A DNA stretch of 64,000 bases from a virus (Duplodnaviria > Caudoviricetes): the IMG/VR virus record IMGVR_UViG_3300037418_001301, positions 1 to 64,000 of that record, one strand, 5' to 3'. This document shows positions 29,429-40,365 of this stretch, in pieces (position 1 is the first letter of the stretch; each line of letters opens with the position of its first letter). The notes below the pieces were generated by a model, which saw nothing but the letters and a program-made list of their open reading frames with translations, was not told the DNA's origin and ran no database searches. Made by a program: the position numbers and the translations under genes.

Positions 29429-31119
29429 ATGGACAACCGTCAGCAAGCCGCCTACACAAAGCAAACGTCTCCGTATCCTGGCTACATCAACGTGACCCGC
29501 GAGGGTGACAACGTCACCATCAGCCTGCGCGGCGATGCTCGTGACAATGGCGAATGCGGCCCGCTCTCCACGTTGAAGCTGACTTGGAACGAGTGGCTCA
29601 TGTTCATGGACGACATTAAGTACAGGCTATGACCGCCGCCGCCTTCCCCCACACCCGCCGTGCCCGGCTGATCTACTACCTGCGCAGCGGACTATCCTTC
29701 ATGCTGCTGTCGTGGGCCATGTCAGTCGCCCCGGAGCGTGAGCGGTTCTCACTCGCTATGTCCGCAAGGGATCATGCCTACAGGACAATGGGGATGGATG
29801 TGAAATGAAGGGCAACCCAGATAGCGGCGACGAAGAGGAGTTCAGCATTGGGCAAGCTCTCCTATGCATTCCGCTCGGCATCGCCATCGCTGGCCTATTT
29901 ATCCTTTTCGCATCATTCGCTCATGCCGCGGTGCATCCCGACACGGAAATGCCATCTGTAAGGCCAGAGACGGCCAAGGACGCTCAACAGCCAAAGCCTC
30001 GATGTGTGAGGCTTCGCACTGCGATCGTCACTGTACGCCTCGCTAATGGTGCAGTGCTGATAGCCCCTATGACTATTGCGGTGCCGTGCTGATGCCAAAA
30101 CTCAGGGATTGGGAGAGAGATGGTATGCTTCGCGATTATGCAAAGGGTGTCCCACTGAGCGAGATCGCCGCGCGATACGAGGTGAGCAAATCTGCCCCGA
30201 TCATGCTGGCAAAGAGCTATGGTGTCATCCGCGGCTCGTATGTTGATCCAGCGAAGATGAAGACGCCGGTCCCTGAATGTCCCGTTGCCGAAGTCCGCAG
30301 ACTCGCCGCCAAGGGGCTATCCATCACCAGGATAGGTGCCCTGCTTCGGTGCCGCTATGCCGATGTGGCGAGAGTGCTGGCGTCGTGAATATGGCGGGAT
30401 GGTTTGGGCCCTGGTTTTTTGGGAGGCCTAAACCAAAACCTCAAGAGACAGATTGAAAGGATATCGACATGGCCAAGAAAACCAAGCCGAAGCCGATGAA
30501 GCCGCGGCCGGGGTACTGAGATGATCGGCCGGCGCAAATTCCTCGCGACGACGGCGGTGATCGCGCCCAACTGTTCTTCTTCGCCGACCGGTACGATATC
30601 AAGGTGGCGACGGTGCATTAGGCGAATTCAACCAATCACTTATGGGAGTGAGAAATGGACGCTGATAAGCGCGCGTTTCTGAGGGGTATTATGGCGACCG
30701 CTGCGGTGGCTGCAACCACTCTTCCCGCCATTGCTGACACTGTGCCAACAATCTATGGCGACGGTCGTCGCGACGATACTGCTGGGCTGCAAGCACTACT
30801 AGATGGCAAGCCGTTTCGAATTGACGGAGAGGTTGTCACGGCCGCCGCCGATTGCATCATCTACGGTGATTTTCGCATCAGCGATACGCTGGAAATGGGC
30901 CGATCCAAAAGCAGCCTGCGTTATAAAAGCTTCGAATGGATAGGCAAGCAGACAAAGCCCAAGTCCAAGTCGGTTTACCCTCATAAATCAGTCACTGTGG
31001 GTCATTTCTACCACCCGTTGGCTGTTAAGGCCATGGCAATTACGCAATCTAATCAGCTATTTGAAGCGTTACGCGAGATGCGTTACGCGATACCTAGAGA
31101 ACAAAACCCAAATCCATGA
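29429..31119 (+). other. Small ORFs at the start of the late region (29429-29632, 29805-30092, about 30092-30388, 30655-31119)
   Basis: ORFs on the late strand; the one ending at 30388 is HTH-like; 30655 has a KRAFL signal and a GDG..DDTA.LQ motif. Confidence 0.5.
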
Positions 31120-31159
31120 AGCCGCGACCCGGCGGCTACTGAACCAAGGAGTTCCGTCC

Positions 31160-31294
31160 ATGCCCCTCAAAAAAGGCAGTGACCAGAAAACCATTTCGTC
31201 CAATATCAAGACGGAAGTCGCGGCCGGAAAGCCGCAGAAGCAGGCGGCGGCAATAGCCTACGCCGTCGCGGGCAGAAAGGCATCTAATACATGA
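31160..31294 (+). CDS. Small basic phage protein
   Basis: SD AAGGAG; MPLKKGSDQKTISSNIKTEVAAGKPQKQAAAIAY. Confidence 0.7.
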   Translation: MPLKKGSDQKTISSNIKTEVAAGKPQKQAAAIAYAVAGRKASNT

Positions 31295-31764
31295 CGCCGC
31301 AGTATATGGCCGGGTTCTTTGACGGCGAGGGATGTGTTGGGTTTTGCCGAGTCAGGCAGTCTATTTATCCAAGGGTTTTGGTTACCAACACGAACCTGGA
31401 GATTTTGGAAGAGTTTCGAAGCCAATTTGGTGGCGGTGTCTGGCCTCTTTCCAAAAGAAAGGCTGGGTGGAAACAGGGATACAGCTGGCGAATATCATGG
31501 TCATCGGCGGTAAAGTTTTTGGCCGTTATTCAACCGTATGTTCACCTCAAATGTCGTCAAGTTGAGACGGTTTTTGCGTGGGACGCAATCAGGCTTGGGA
31601 GAGGAAAGCCGAGCGCTAGCCGTCGTGAAGAGTACGACGATGCTGTAAGCTTTCTGATCGAAAGGATGACTTGGCTTAATAAGCGCGGTCCCATAGAGGG
31701 AATAGATCCGGCAGAAGAAATTGCGGCCATCGCAATGTCGGAGGCTCGCAAGAGCAAGTCCTGA
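31291..31764 (+). CDS. Single-motif LAGLIDADG endonuclease
   Basis: YMAGFFDGEGCV...V.NTNLEILE....FGG...LK..Q...LNKRG. Confidence 0.88.
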   Translation: MTPQYMAGFFDGEGCVGFCRVRQSIYPRVLVTNTNLEILEEFRSQFGGGVWPLSKRKAGWKQGYSWRISWSSAVKFLAVIQPYVHLKCRQVETVFAWDAIRLGRGKPSASRREEYDDAVSFLIERMTWLNKRGPIEGIDPAEEIAAIAMSEARKSKS

Positions 31765-31766
31765 TC

Positions 31767-32261
31767 ATGCCAGCCCTCAAGGACCCAAAGCACGAGGCAT
31801 TCGCCCAGCAGCTTGCGAGAGGGCTGAACCAGACCGACGCCTACACTGCCGCTGGCTACAAGGCGAAACTGGCGAGCGCCAAAGTCAATGCTTCACGGCT
31901 GCTAACCAATGCTAATATTCAGGCCAGAGTGTCTGAATTACAGGCAAAAGGTGCTGAAAAAGCAATAGCTTCCGTCTCTTTCGAGGCGAAAGATATCTTC
32001 CAGCGGATGGAGGATTTGATCAAGCGGGCGGCAGAGGCTGGCGACTATAAGGCTGCGATGGACGGCATGAAGTTCGTGGCCCGCTGCTTCGGCTACGAGG
32101 ACTCGCCGACGCTCACCCACGAGCACGTCAAGGGCCAGGCAATTCAGGCTCCAGACCGCAAGCCGGATGAGAACGAAGGCGAAAAGCGTGAAGAACTCAG
32201 GGATTCCGTCGTCAAGAACTTTGCTGAGGAGCTGAAGAAGCTGAGGCGGCGGACGGGCTGA
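31767..32261 (+). CDS. terS: Terminase small subunit
   Basis: KHEAFAQ.LARG.NQTDAY.AAGY......ASRLL....I..R. Confidence 0.82.
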   Translation: MPALKDPKHEAFAQQLARGLNQTDAYTAAGYKAKLASAKVNASRLLTNANIQARVSELQAKGAEKAIASVSFEAKDIFQRMEDLIKRAAEAGDYKAAMDGMKFVARCFGYEDSPTLTHEHVKGQAIQAPDRKPDENEGEKREELRDSVVKNFAEELKKLRRRTG

Positions 32262-32264
32262 GTT

Positions 32265-32642
32265 TCAGGGCTTTGTCATTGGAGGCGGGGATGCTGTTCC
32301 TTTTTCTCGGCCTGGTGGTGGCAAAACCCCTTTGTGATCAATCGCTTCGATCTCTCCGAAACCAAGTTCTGCGCCTACTATTTCTGCCGCAGGAAAAATT
32401 TCTTCCTTACGAATATCAAACCATTCGCCCTTGATCCGCTTTGATTTGAAATGACGGTGCAGAGCAGATTCGATTATCCACGCGCCGCCATCAACAACCA
32501 CAATGTATTCAACACATTCAAGGCTGAACGGTAGAGGCTTCTCCAACTGCGATATTCTCGCAGCAATATCGTATGTCCAGCCGATTTTGATTGGCTCATC
32601 ATCGCGTCCCGTGCGGGTAAGAAAATACACATATTCCGTCAT
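32265..32642 (-). CDS. GIY-YIG-like (T5orf172) protein
   Basis: YVYFL...IKIGWT.DI.ARI..L...IESALHRHF..KRIKGEWF. Confidence 0.82.
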   Translation of the reverse strand: MTEYVYFLTRTGRDDEPIKIGWTYDIAARISQLEKPLPFSLECVEYIVVVDGGAWIIESALHRHFKSKRIKGEWFDIRKEEIFPAAEIVGAELGFGEIEAIDHKGVLPPPGREKGTASPPPMTKP

Positions 32643-32830
32643 TTGTAAGGTTCCATTCTATGGAGCAGGGCGCGGCACGCAAGGTCTGTGCGGCGATCAG
32701 TTCCGCGCTTTTTCATATCGACAATGGCATTGGCAGAGACACCGAGAAAGCGGGCGCAGTCTGCATCGGACTTGGCGAGGCCGGCGGATTTCATCTCTGC
32801 GAGCCATCGCAGGAAAGCATCAGGCGACAT
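32639..32830 (-). CDS. Small HTH protein
   Basis: DADCARFLGVSANAIVDMKKRG; coupled to the GIY-YIG-like gene. Confidence 0.6.
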   Translation of the reverse strand: MSPDAFLRWLAEMKSAGLAKSDADCARFLGVSANAIVDMKKRGTDRRTDLACRALLHRMEPYK

Positions 32831-32945
32831 ATCGAATCCTTGTATGGTTTTGACAAGCTGGAATATACAAGCTGGCTGTATTTCATACAAGTAGAATGGA
32901 TAGAAATATCAATGAGGCGAAGCCGAAAGGCAGAAAGAGGCGAAG

Positions 32946-34399
32946 ATGGCAAACTACGAACATTGGGATGGCGGAGTTGATAATTCCGTGGACAGGATGC
33001 AAAAACTGATCGAGCACAGATGTGCCGAGGTTGAGAAACGGCTCACTGATCGCGTCATTGATCTTGCCCAGCAAGCGGCAGCATCGGCGCAGGATGTCCG
33101 CATGGCGTGCATGTCGCTTGTGTGTGAAGGCGCGAACCTTTTTGCTGCTCATGCGGCTGAGGACGCAGTGACCGCCGCTGACAAACTTGCTTCCTTCGTC
33201 CTGAACGGCAAGGCGAAGCCGGAGGAGAAGTCCAATGGCTGAGGAGGTCAAAGAGAATGCAGCGATCCGCATTCTGAAACGCCGCAGGGAAGAATGCAGC
33301 CGCAGTCTCGATATGGCTGAGGCTGCGGTGCTTTCGGCCCATAGCCGGGCTGGCGAAGCCATAGAGAACGTTGCTGGATGGCGGCGCGAACTATCTGAGA
33401 TCGACGCCGCGTTGGCTGCTCTTGAGGCGGGAGGCGGCGATGGCTGATCAAACATCGAAGCCGCTTGAGCGCTTCACCGCCCGGCGCACGCGAAACGGCG
33501 GATGGATCATTGGCGAGGATGGCAGCGACCGCGGCATGATGTACCCGGAACATGCTTTCTCTACCGCAGCCGATATGCTGGCGGCACTGCCTGGGCTGAT
33601 CGGTGCTGTTCCTGACAACGAGGCCGCAATGATCGCCAGATTGGATGCCGAGCGGCAAATACTGGGGATGGGTAGTTTGGGCGGGCCGATTTCTGGTTCC
33701 GGGACTGACCGTCTCGTTCCTCGGGGAGTGTGAGGCGATGGACGCTGAGGCCATTATCCGGCGCATGGTCGCCGAAAACTTCGACGCTGAACGGGCATAC
33801 GAGCGACTGTGCCGTGATGGCCAATTCACTACCACCTCCACCATCGAAGACGGCAAAGTCAAAACCGACTTCGTTGATCTTTGGGAACTCTACGAGGTCG
33901 AGCCGAGAGAAGATGATGAGCATGGCGGCGTTCGCGTCATCTCGGAATATTTATGGCCAATGGTATTGAGTAGGCGGGCGCATCCAAGCGCCGCGACAAG
34001 TCCCATCTGTCGCCGACAAAATCTTGCATTCAATCCAACTGGAGAATTTGAGCCATGGCCTTTTCAGGTGTTCATGCCATCTGCGGCTTTGTCGGCGGCG
34101 ACGGCTTTTCCAAATCGCCATCTCTGTCCACTACCATGCCAGTGATCTGCAAGCCGGTGTGGTCTGAAGCCCCAAGCACAGGTGTTACCAGCACCAATGT
34201 AGCGCCAGCTGGCAGCAGCAACGGGGCGGCTTGTCGAACCGGCCAGCCGATGATGCGCTTTCGGGCGTCGGCGGATTCATGGGTATCTGTCGGCACAACG
34301 CCGGACGCTACCTCGGGAACGCGGTTCCTTGTGCCGTCTGACACCGACTACGACGTCTATGTGGAAGCCGGCGACAAATTCCAGTGGATCGCGGCATAA
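32946..34399 (+). other. Small hypothetical ORFs between terS and terL (32946-33242, 33235-33447, 33440-33733, 33738-, 34055-34399)
   Basis: Closely spaced or overlapping plus-strand ORFs. Confidence 0.55.
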
Positions 34400-34402
34400 T
34401 GC

Positions 34403-36112
34403 ATGCTGTCCCGTTACAAAGGAGATCGCTACAGGGCCGCTGCAAACCCTGAACTGGTAGCATTTGTCGAATCCGACGAACTGCACTCACTCGACTACGA
34501 CAGCGCCTGTGATTTCTACGCTATGGTCGCAGAGACGGCCACTGAAGCGGATCTGGCTTATCTGGGATGCGTGGATAGGTATTTCCTATTCACCGCGATC
34601 CTGGGCCGCCATGACGGGTTTCATCCGTGGCTCTATGATCGCTGCAGGGAGGTGGAGTTAGAGCCGGATGGATTCCTTGACCTATGGTCGCGTGACCACC
34701 GTAAAAGCTCGTTGATCACGTTCTCTGGCTGCATTCAGGAAATCCTTAGCGATCCTGACATAACCATTGGCATCTTCTCGCACACGCAAAAGATTGCCAA
34801 GGAGTTTGTGAAATGGATCAGGCGAGAGTTCGAGGCGAACAGCAAACTGCGGCGTCTTTACCCGGATGTGTGCTGGCTCAAGCCTGCAAGCGAAGCTCCG
34901 GTTTGGACTGAGAACGCTTTTACGGTTCGTCGCCGTGGAAATCCGAAAGAGGCAACCTTGGAAGGATGGGGACTTGTCGATGGCCAGCCCACTGGCAAGC
35001 ACTTCCGCCTCATGGTCTATGACGATGTCGTGACCAAGGACAACGTGACGAATGCGGACCAGATCAAGAAGACGACGGAGTCGTGGGAACTCTCGGATAA
35101 TCTCGGCGCCGACGATGCCCGCAAGTGGCACATTGGTACAAGATATTCTTTCGCGGACTCCTACGCTGAGATCATCAATAAAGGCGTTGTGACGGTTCGG
35201 AAATACCCGGCCACGGACAACGGCAGGATTGATGGTAAGCCCGTCTTCCTTGATCCTGAGGTGTGGGAGAAGAAGAAGAAGGCCCAGACATCCACCCTCG
35301 CCGCACAGATGCTCCAGAACCCGCTATCTGGCAAAGAGCGGACCTTCGAGCCAACATGGTTCAAGCGCTGGGAAGTCCGGCCGGCGGCGGTAAACGTCTA
35401 CATTATGGCCGATCCATCGCGGGGCAGGACAGCAACATCAGACCGGACAGCAATGCCAGTCCTCGCCATCGATACCAAGGGCAAGAAATATCTGGTCGAC
35501 GGCTTCTGTCACAGGATGACGCTCTCCCAGCGGTGGGATAACCTGAAGCACTTGCATAAGAAGTGGGCCGCGATGCCCGGAGTTGGCATTCTGAAAGTGG
35601 GATACGAGCGCTTCGGGCAGCAATCCGATGATGAGTACTTCACCGAGCGGATGCGCAACGACAACTATTTCTTCAACATCGAGGAACTGGCGTGGCCTCG
35701 CGAAGGCGGGGCGTCGAAAGAGCACCGCGTCGAGCGGCTGCAGCCTGACGTCCAGTTCGGAACGTTCTATTTCCCCGCATTTGTCCATGTACAGGGGCAA
35801 GGCGACTGCCAATGGTCAGTGGACGAAGATCAGCAGATCATGCGCTATGAGCCGCTACGGGGCGAAACAGCGATCGTCAGACGCATGAAGGAACGAGGGC
35901 AGGGGTATCTTGCCGCCGCTCCTATCAAACGGAAGAACGAAGCTGGCGAGATATACGATCTCACCCGTGAGCTTATCGATGAAATGATGTTCTTCCCGTT
36001 CGCGCAGCATGACGACCTAGTCGATGCCGTGAGCCGGATTTACGACATGGAGCCGATGGCGGCTGCTGTGATCGAGGTGTTGCCAGAGGAAAAGATACCT
36101 GAAGATGCGTGA
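34403..36112 (+). CDS. terL: Terminase large subunit
   Basis: SRDHRKSS (Walker A-like), LMVYDDVV (Walker B), MADPS, VGYE, HDDLVDAVS. Confidence 0.9.
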   Translation: MLSRYKGDRYRAAANPELVAFVESDELHSLDYDSACDFYAMVAETATEADLAYLGCVDRYFLFTAILGRHDGFHPWLYDRCREVELEPDGFLDLWSRDHRKSSLITFSGCIQEILSDPDITIGIFSHTQKIAKEFVKWIRREFEANSKLRRLYPDVCWLKPASEAPVWTENAFTVRRRGNPKEATLEGWGLVDGQPTGKHFRLMVYDDVVTKDNVTNADQIKKTTESWELSDNLGADDARKWHIGTRYSFADSYAEIINKGVVTVRKYPATDNGRIDGKPVFLDPEVWEKKKKAQTSTLAAQMLQNPLSGKERTFEPTWFKRWEVRPAAVNVYIMADPSRGRTATSDRTAMPVLAIDTKGKKYLVDGFCHRMTLSQRWDNLKHLHKKWAAMPGVGILKVGYERFGQQSDDEYFTERMRNDNYFFNIEELAWPREGGASKEHRVERLQPDVQFGTFYFPAFVHVQGQGDCQWSVDEDQQIMRYEPLRGETAIVRRMKERGQGYLAAAPIKRKNEAGEIYDLTRELIDEMMFFPFAQHDDLVDAVSRIYDMEPMAAAVIEVLPEEKIPEDA

Positions 36113-36147
36113 GGCGAAAGGAAACTTGAGGTGGGGAGTGACATGCT

Positions 36148-37678
36148 ATGACTGACATCATTGACCTCCAGCATGAGCGCGCTGCACGCGATCAGCCCGA
36201 CGCAGATTGCGTCCGCAAGGATGATTACGGCCGACCGCTCTATCTATTTGCGCTCGAATACAAGATGGACGGCCACACCTGGTCAAATGATGTCTGGGCC
36301 TACTCGTGGGAAGACGCTGAGAACCGCGTTGCGGCTATGCGCAGCACCCTTGAGGTTCGCGGGCAGTTGATGGGGTTTGTGCCAGCATGAGCAACCGCGC
36401 ACGGATGCCGAACGTCATAAAGCTCCCAAGCCGTTTTCAGATTGGTCAGAACGTCCGCGTGGGGCGCCGTCGTGGATCTGCGCGCCATGGCTGACAGGAT
36501 TGAGCGAGGCGAGATCGATGCGCAATCGGCGTTGTTCATTGTTCCTCAAGACAGTGACTGGCCATGCATTTACGGATGGGGCGAGCATCTCGGTGACTAC
36601 GGCAACATCGCCGTTCTCGATTTAGCGAAGACGTGGTTTATCCACAATCTGGTGGGGAAGGCTTGAATGGCTAAATACAAAATTGCCATCAACGCGAAAA
36701 CTGGCGAGCCATTTTATAAAGACAGAGCCCGCACAAGGCCGTTCTATGTGCGGACTGATCTGATCAAGTCCATGGAACCTATCGATTGCAGAAGCGAGGT
36801 TGGCATAACCATCGGATTGATCGACGGTATTATTTCTGCCGCCCGCATCCTCGCCCGCAGAGATTTGACCGATCCAAATATCGTTGAGGCGCTCAAAGAT
36901 ATTCGTGCGGATGAGGATGTTCATCGCATCGTCGGGTCCGCCAAGGAATAAAGCCCATGGCCCGCCTGGTCGAACGCTCCTACCTCTCTCTTCTGCTAGA
37001 GGCGGACCCGGATTATTACACGACCAGCCGCAACACCAATCTGGCTGAGTATCGCTTCTCCAATGGTCGGGAATTCCTCGGGCATAACATCTACGAGAAC
37101 TACAAGCCCTTTCTATACGGCGTCGAATATCTGGGTGTCCCCGTTTTCTACAACGGCGAGATCGTCACCTATCAGACCACCGAACTCTACGATGAGTTCT
37201 TCGACAATCCATACACGCAATGGGTCACGGATGACGACGGCAACTATGTCGTTGATCTCTATGGCCGGTATGTGACCGGGAATTAAGGCTGACCATGTTC
37301 AAACTGAACTACGAGTGCGGCGATGATGGCGGCAACGAATACGGCCGCATGGAAGTCGAGACGGCCAAATGGGCGGGCGAGATGTTGCACCGCCATTACC
37401 CCGGCTATCCGTGGTTTGTCGAAGTCCGCGGCGACAAGTACAACGCCGTGATCCAGTTGCAGATCAGAGGCATCATGCCGCCTGACCGCTGGTATGTGGT
37501 GAAGTTCCGCGATGTCCTGACCGATCCCGGCGGCAGGAGAACCATCCTCAAAGGCGCTGGAGAGCTTCTGGAGCGCTACAACATCCCCCGCTCCGGCTTC
37601 ACTACCGACCACTGGCGCGCCGCGCTGGAGCGCTTCCCCATCGGTAACGGACGAGGTCACCTTGAACCCCTCAAATAA
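36148..37678 (+). other. Hypothetical ORFs between terL and portal (36148-36390, 36667-36951, 36957-37286, 37295-37678)
   Basis: Plus-strand ORFs. Confidence 0.55.
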
Positions 37679-39992
37679 CCGCGTTCCAGGCGAGGATTTC
37701 ACACGCCAGAGCGACAGCACGCCCACCGATGACAAGCAGTGGATCGACCTGTTCAAGAACGCGAAGAAGTCGGCCGAGGATCACCAGACTTCAAAACTGC
37801 AGGCGGCATGGTCGCGGAACTATCGGGCATTTGCAAACCGGCATTTCAACGGCTCGAAATATGATACCTATCGCTACCGCTCGCGCTCGAAACTGTTCAA
37901 GCCCAAGACCAGGGCAGCTGTGCGCAAGAACGATGCCACCGCAGCGGCTTCCATGTTCTCGACAGAGGATGTGGTGTCCATCACGCCAGAGCGCGCCAGC
38001 GACAAGCTGCAGATGTCCATGGCGAGGTTCCTGCACGAGGACCTGAACTATCGCCTTGACCGATCCAACAAATGGGCCGGCCCGAATTGGTTCCTCACCG
38101 CCATCGGCGCAAGGCAGGATACTCAACTCACCGGCATATGCGTTTCAAAGCAATACTGGGAGTACGAAGAGCGCGTCGTCTCTACCTATGTCGATGTTCA
38201 GACACAGACCATGGCGCTTGACGAAACCGGCATGCCGATCATCGACATGGCCACTGGCCAGCCGGTGATGACGACAAGTGTTGAACAGGGTATTCAGGAT
38301 ACGGTCGACATCGTCCGCGATCGGCCGATGATCACGCTCATTCCACCAGAACATGCTCTGATCGACAGAACAGGCGACTGGCGCGATCCGATCCAAGAGG
38401 GCGGGTTTTTTATCGCCGCCATGCCAGCGCGCATTGACGATGTTGAATACATCGTTGCGCAGCAGGCGACCCGCAACGTCATGGGTGGTGGGAAGTGGCG
38501 GGACGACATCGATCTTGCCAAGCTTCGCCAGGCCAAGGCGCAGAAGCAGGACAATGCTGCATCTGTCAGGCGTGCCCGTGGCGATGGCATCGATCCCTAT
38601 GACAGCGCGTTTCAAGGTAAGGACAACGAAACCGTCTGGCTGTATGAAGTCTTCTACCGCAAGGACGGCGAGGACTGGCATTTCTGGATGTTGGGCGACA
38701 ACATCCTCTTGAGCGATCCGCGACCAACGATCGAGAGTTATCCAGAGCAGTTCGGCGACAGGCCATATGTCCGCGGTCTCGGCGCCCTTGAGGCCCACAA
38801 GACGCACCCCATGGCGCCGGTCGAAAGCTGGCAGCCGCTGCAAATGGAGATCAACGACACCACCAATCTTGCACTTGATGCGATGAAGATGTCGATCTCG
38901 CCCATTACCAAGATCCTGAAAGGTAGGGGCGTCGATCTCAAGCAGGTCCAGAACCGCGGCCCGGATGCGGCAATCCTCGTACAGTCCATGGATGATGTCG
39001 CCTTCGACCGGGCGCCATCACCTGATGGCAACTCGCAGATGGCCGTCAACATCATGTCAAACGACATGGACGAGCTTGCTGGCGTCTTTGCTCAAGGCTC
39101 TGTCCAATCCAATCGAATGCTCAATGAGACCGTCGGCGGGATGCAGCTGCTTTCCGCCTCTGCCGGCGCTCTGACGGAATTCGATCTCAGGGTTTGGGTT
39201 GAGACCTGGGTTGAGCCCGTGCTTTCCCAGGTCGTCAAACTCATCAAACATTACGAATCCGATGAAGTGGTGATCTCCGTTGCTGGCGACCGCGCCGGAC
39301 TGATCGAAAATCTGGTAGCGGGCCAAGGCAGCAGCAAGAAGCCGCTCGACCCGCAGGGGCAGCAGCAGGACGCCGAAGAGGCGCAGAACCCGTTTGAACC
39401 GCCGATCACGATCCACGACGCCCTGAGCAATCTCGACAAGGCCCAAGTCGCGGTCAAGGTCAATGTCGGCATCGGTGCGCTCGACACTACACAGCGCATG
39501 CAGAAATTCATGGGCGGCGTCAATATCACCAAGGACTTGGCCCCGCTGCTTCAGGAGCAGGGCATCCAGCCCAATGGCGCAGCCCTCCTGCAGGAAGCAT
39601 GGGGCCTCTGCGGCTATAAGGATGGTGACAGGTTCTTTACCGTTGCACCGCCGAAGCAGGACGATGGCACGCCACCTGAAGCAGCCCAGTTGGAGATGCT
39701 CAAGCAGAAGGGCACCATGAGCAAGGCCCAGCTTGACGCCGATACGAAACTGCAGATCGAGCATATCAAGGCCGACGTCGAAGCGCAGAAGCTTTCTCTG
39801 CAAGAGCGTGAATTCGCCTATCAGCAGATGATCACGCAAATGAGCATTAACCAGCAACAGCAGACACAGAACCTGGACTACATCATGCGACTGCTGGAGA
39901 GCGTCGTGCCAGGACATCCGGCCCCTCCGCGGCAGATTGTGCAGCAGCCTTTACAGACTGCGCAGGTTACACAGTTCCCGCAGGCGCGATAG
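37662..39992 (+). CDS. Portal protein (podovirus type)
   Basis: 776 aa between terL and scaffold; S.LF.PKTR; Q-rich coiled C-terminal barrel. Confidence 0.85.
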   Translation: MNPSNNRVPGEDFTRQSDSTPTDDKQWIDLFKNAKKSAEDHQTSKLQAAWSRNYRAFANRHFNGSKYDTYRYRSRSKLFKPKTRAAVRKNDATAAASMFSTEDVVSITPERASDKLQMSMARFLHEDLNYRLDRSNKWAGPNWFLTAIGARQDTQLTGICVSKQYWEYEERVVSTYVDVQTQTMALDETGMPIIDMATGQPVMTTSVEQGIQDTVDIVRDRPMITLIPPEHALIDRTGDWRDPIQEGGFFIAAMPARIDDVEYIVAQQATRNVMGGGKWRDDIDLAKLRQAKAQKQDNAASVRRARGDGIDPYDSAFQGKDNETVWLYEVFYRKDGEDWHFWMLGDNILLSDPRPTIESYPEQFGDRPYVRGLGALEAHKTHPMAPVESWQPLQMEINDTTNLALDAMKMSISPITKILKGRGVDLKQVQNRGPDAAILVQSMDDVAFDRAPSPDGNSQMAVNIMSNDMDELAGVFAQGSVQSNRMLNETVGGMQLLSASAGALTEFDLRVWVETWVEPVLSQVVKLIKHYESDEVVISVAGDRAGLIENLVAGQGSSKKPLDPQGQQQDAEEAQNPFEPPITIHDALSNLDKAQVAVKVNVGIGALDTTQRMQKFMGGVNITKDLAPLLQEQGIQPNGAALLQEAWGLCGYKDGDRFFTVAPPKQDDGTPPEAAQLEMLKQKGTMSKAQLDADTKLQIEHIKADVEAQKLSLQEREFAYQQMITQMSINQQQQTQNLDYIMRLLESVVPGHPAPPRQIVQQPLQTAQVTQFPQAR

Positions 39993-40016
39993 CGATCCAC
40001 GACAAACTGAGGCGAT

Positions 40017-40364
40017 ATGACAGACCTTGAAGAACTGATGGACGACGAGGTTGCTCGCATCCTCGCGATAGACGCCGGCTTGCAAATTCAACAGCTTCTC
40101 CAACGGGGCGCTGCGTTCGAAACCCTGCTTATCCATGCGCGGGATGAGGCGCTCGCTGCGATGGACGAGTTGATCCACAGCAAGTTCGATACCCTCGAAG
40201 ACGTCGCGCAGAAACAGTGGGAGGTCACCCGCTATCACGCGCTTGTCGGATGGATACAGGCCATCCTTGAGAACGGAGCAGCAGCCATGGATGGCGCTTC
40301 CGAAGAGGAAGGCACATGGCTGCAATCAATGATCAGAGGCGAACCGGAAGAAAGGGATTCCTAA
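40017..40364 (+). CDS. Hypothetical head-module protein
   Basis: Short helical ORF between portal and scaffold. Confidence 0.65.
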   Translation: MTDLEELMDDEVARILAIDAGLQIQQLLQRGAAFETLLIHARDEALAAMDELIHSKFDTLEDVAQKQWEVTRYHALVGWIQAILENGAAAMDGASEEEGTWLQSMIRGEPEERDS

Positions 40365-40365
40365 C

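Noticed and set aside
20448-36112. Inteins in DnaB or TerL
   Set aside because: Lengths are normal and there are no C/S...HN-C/S/T junctions or embedded endonuclease domains.
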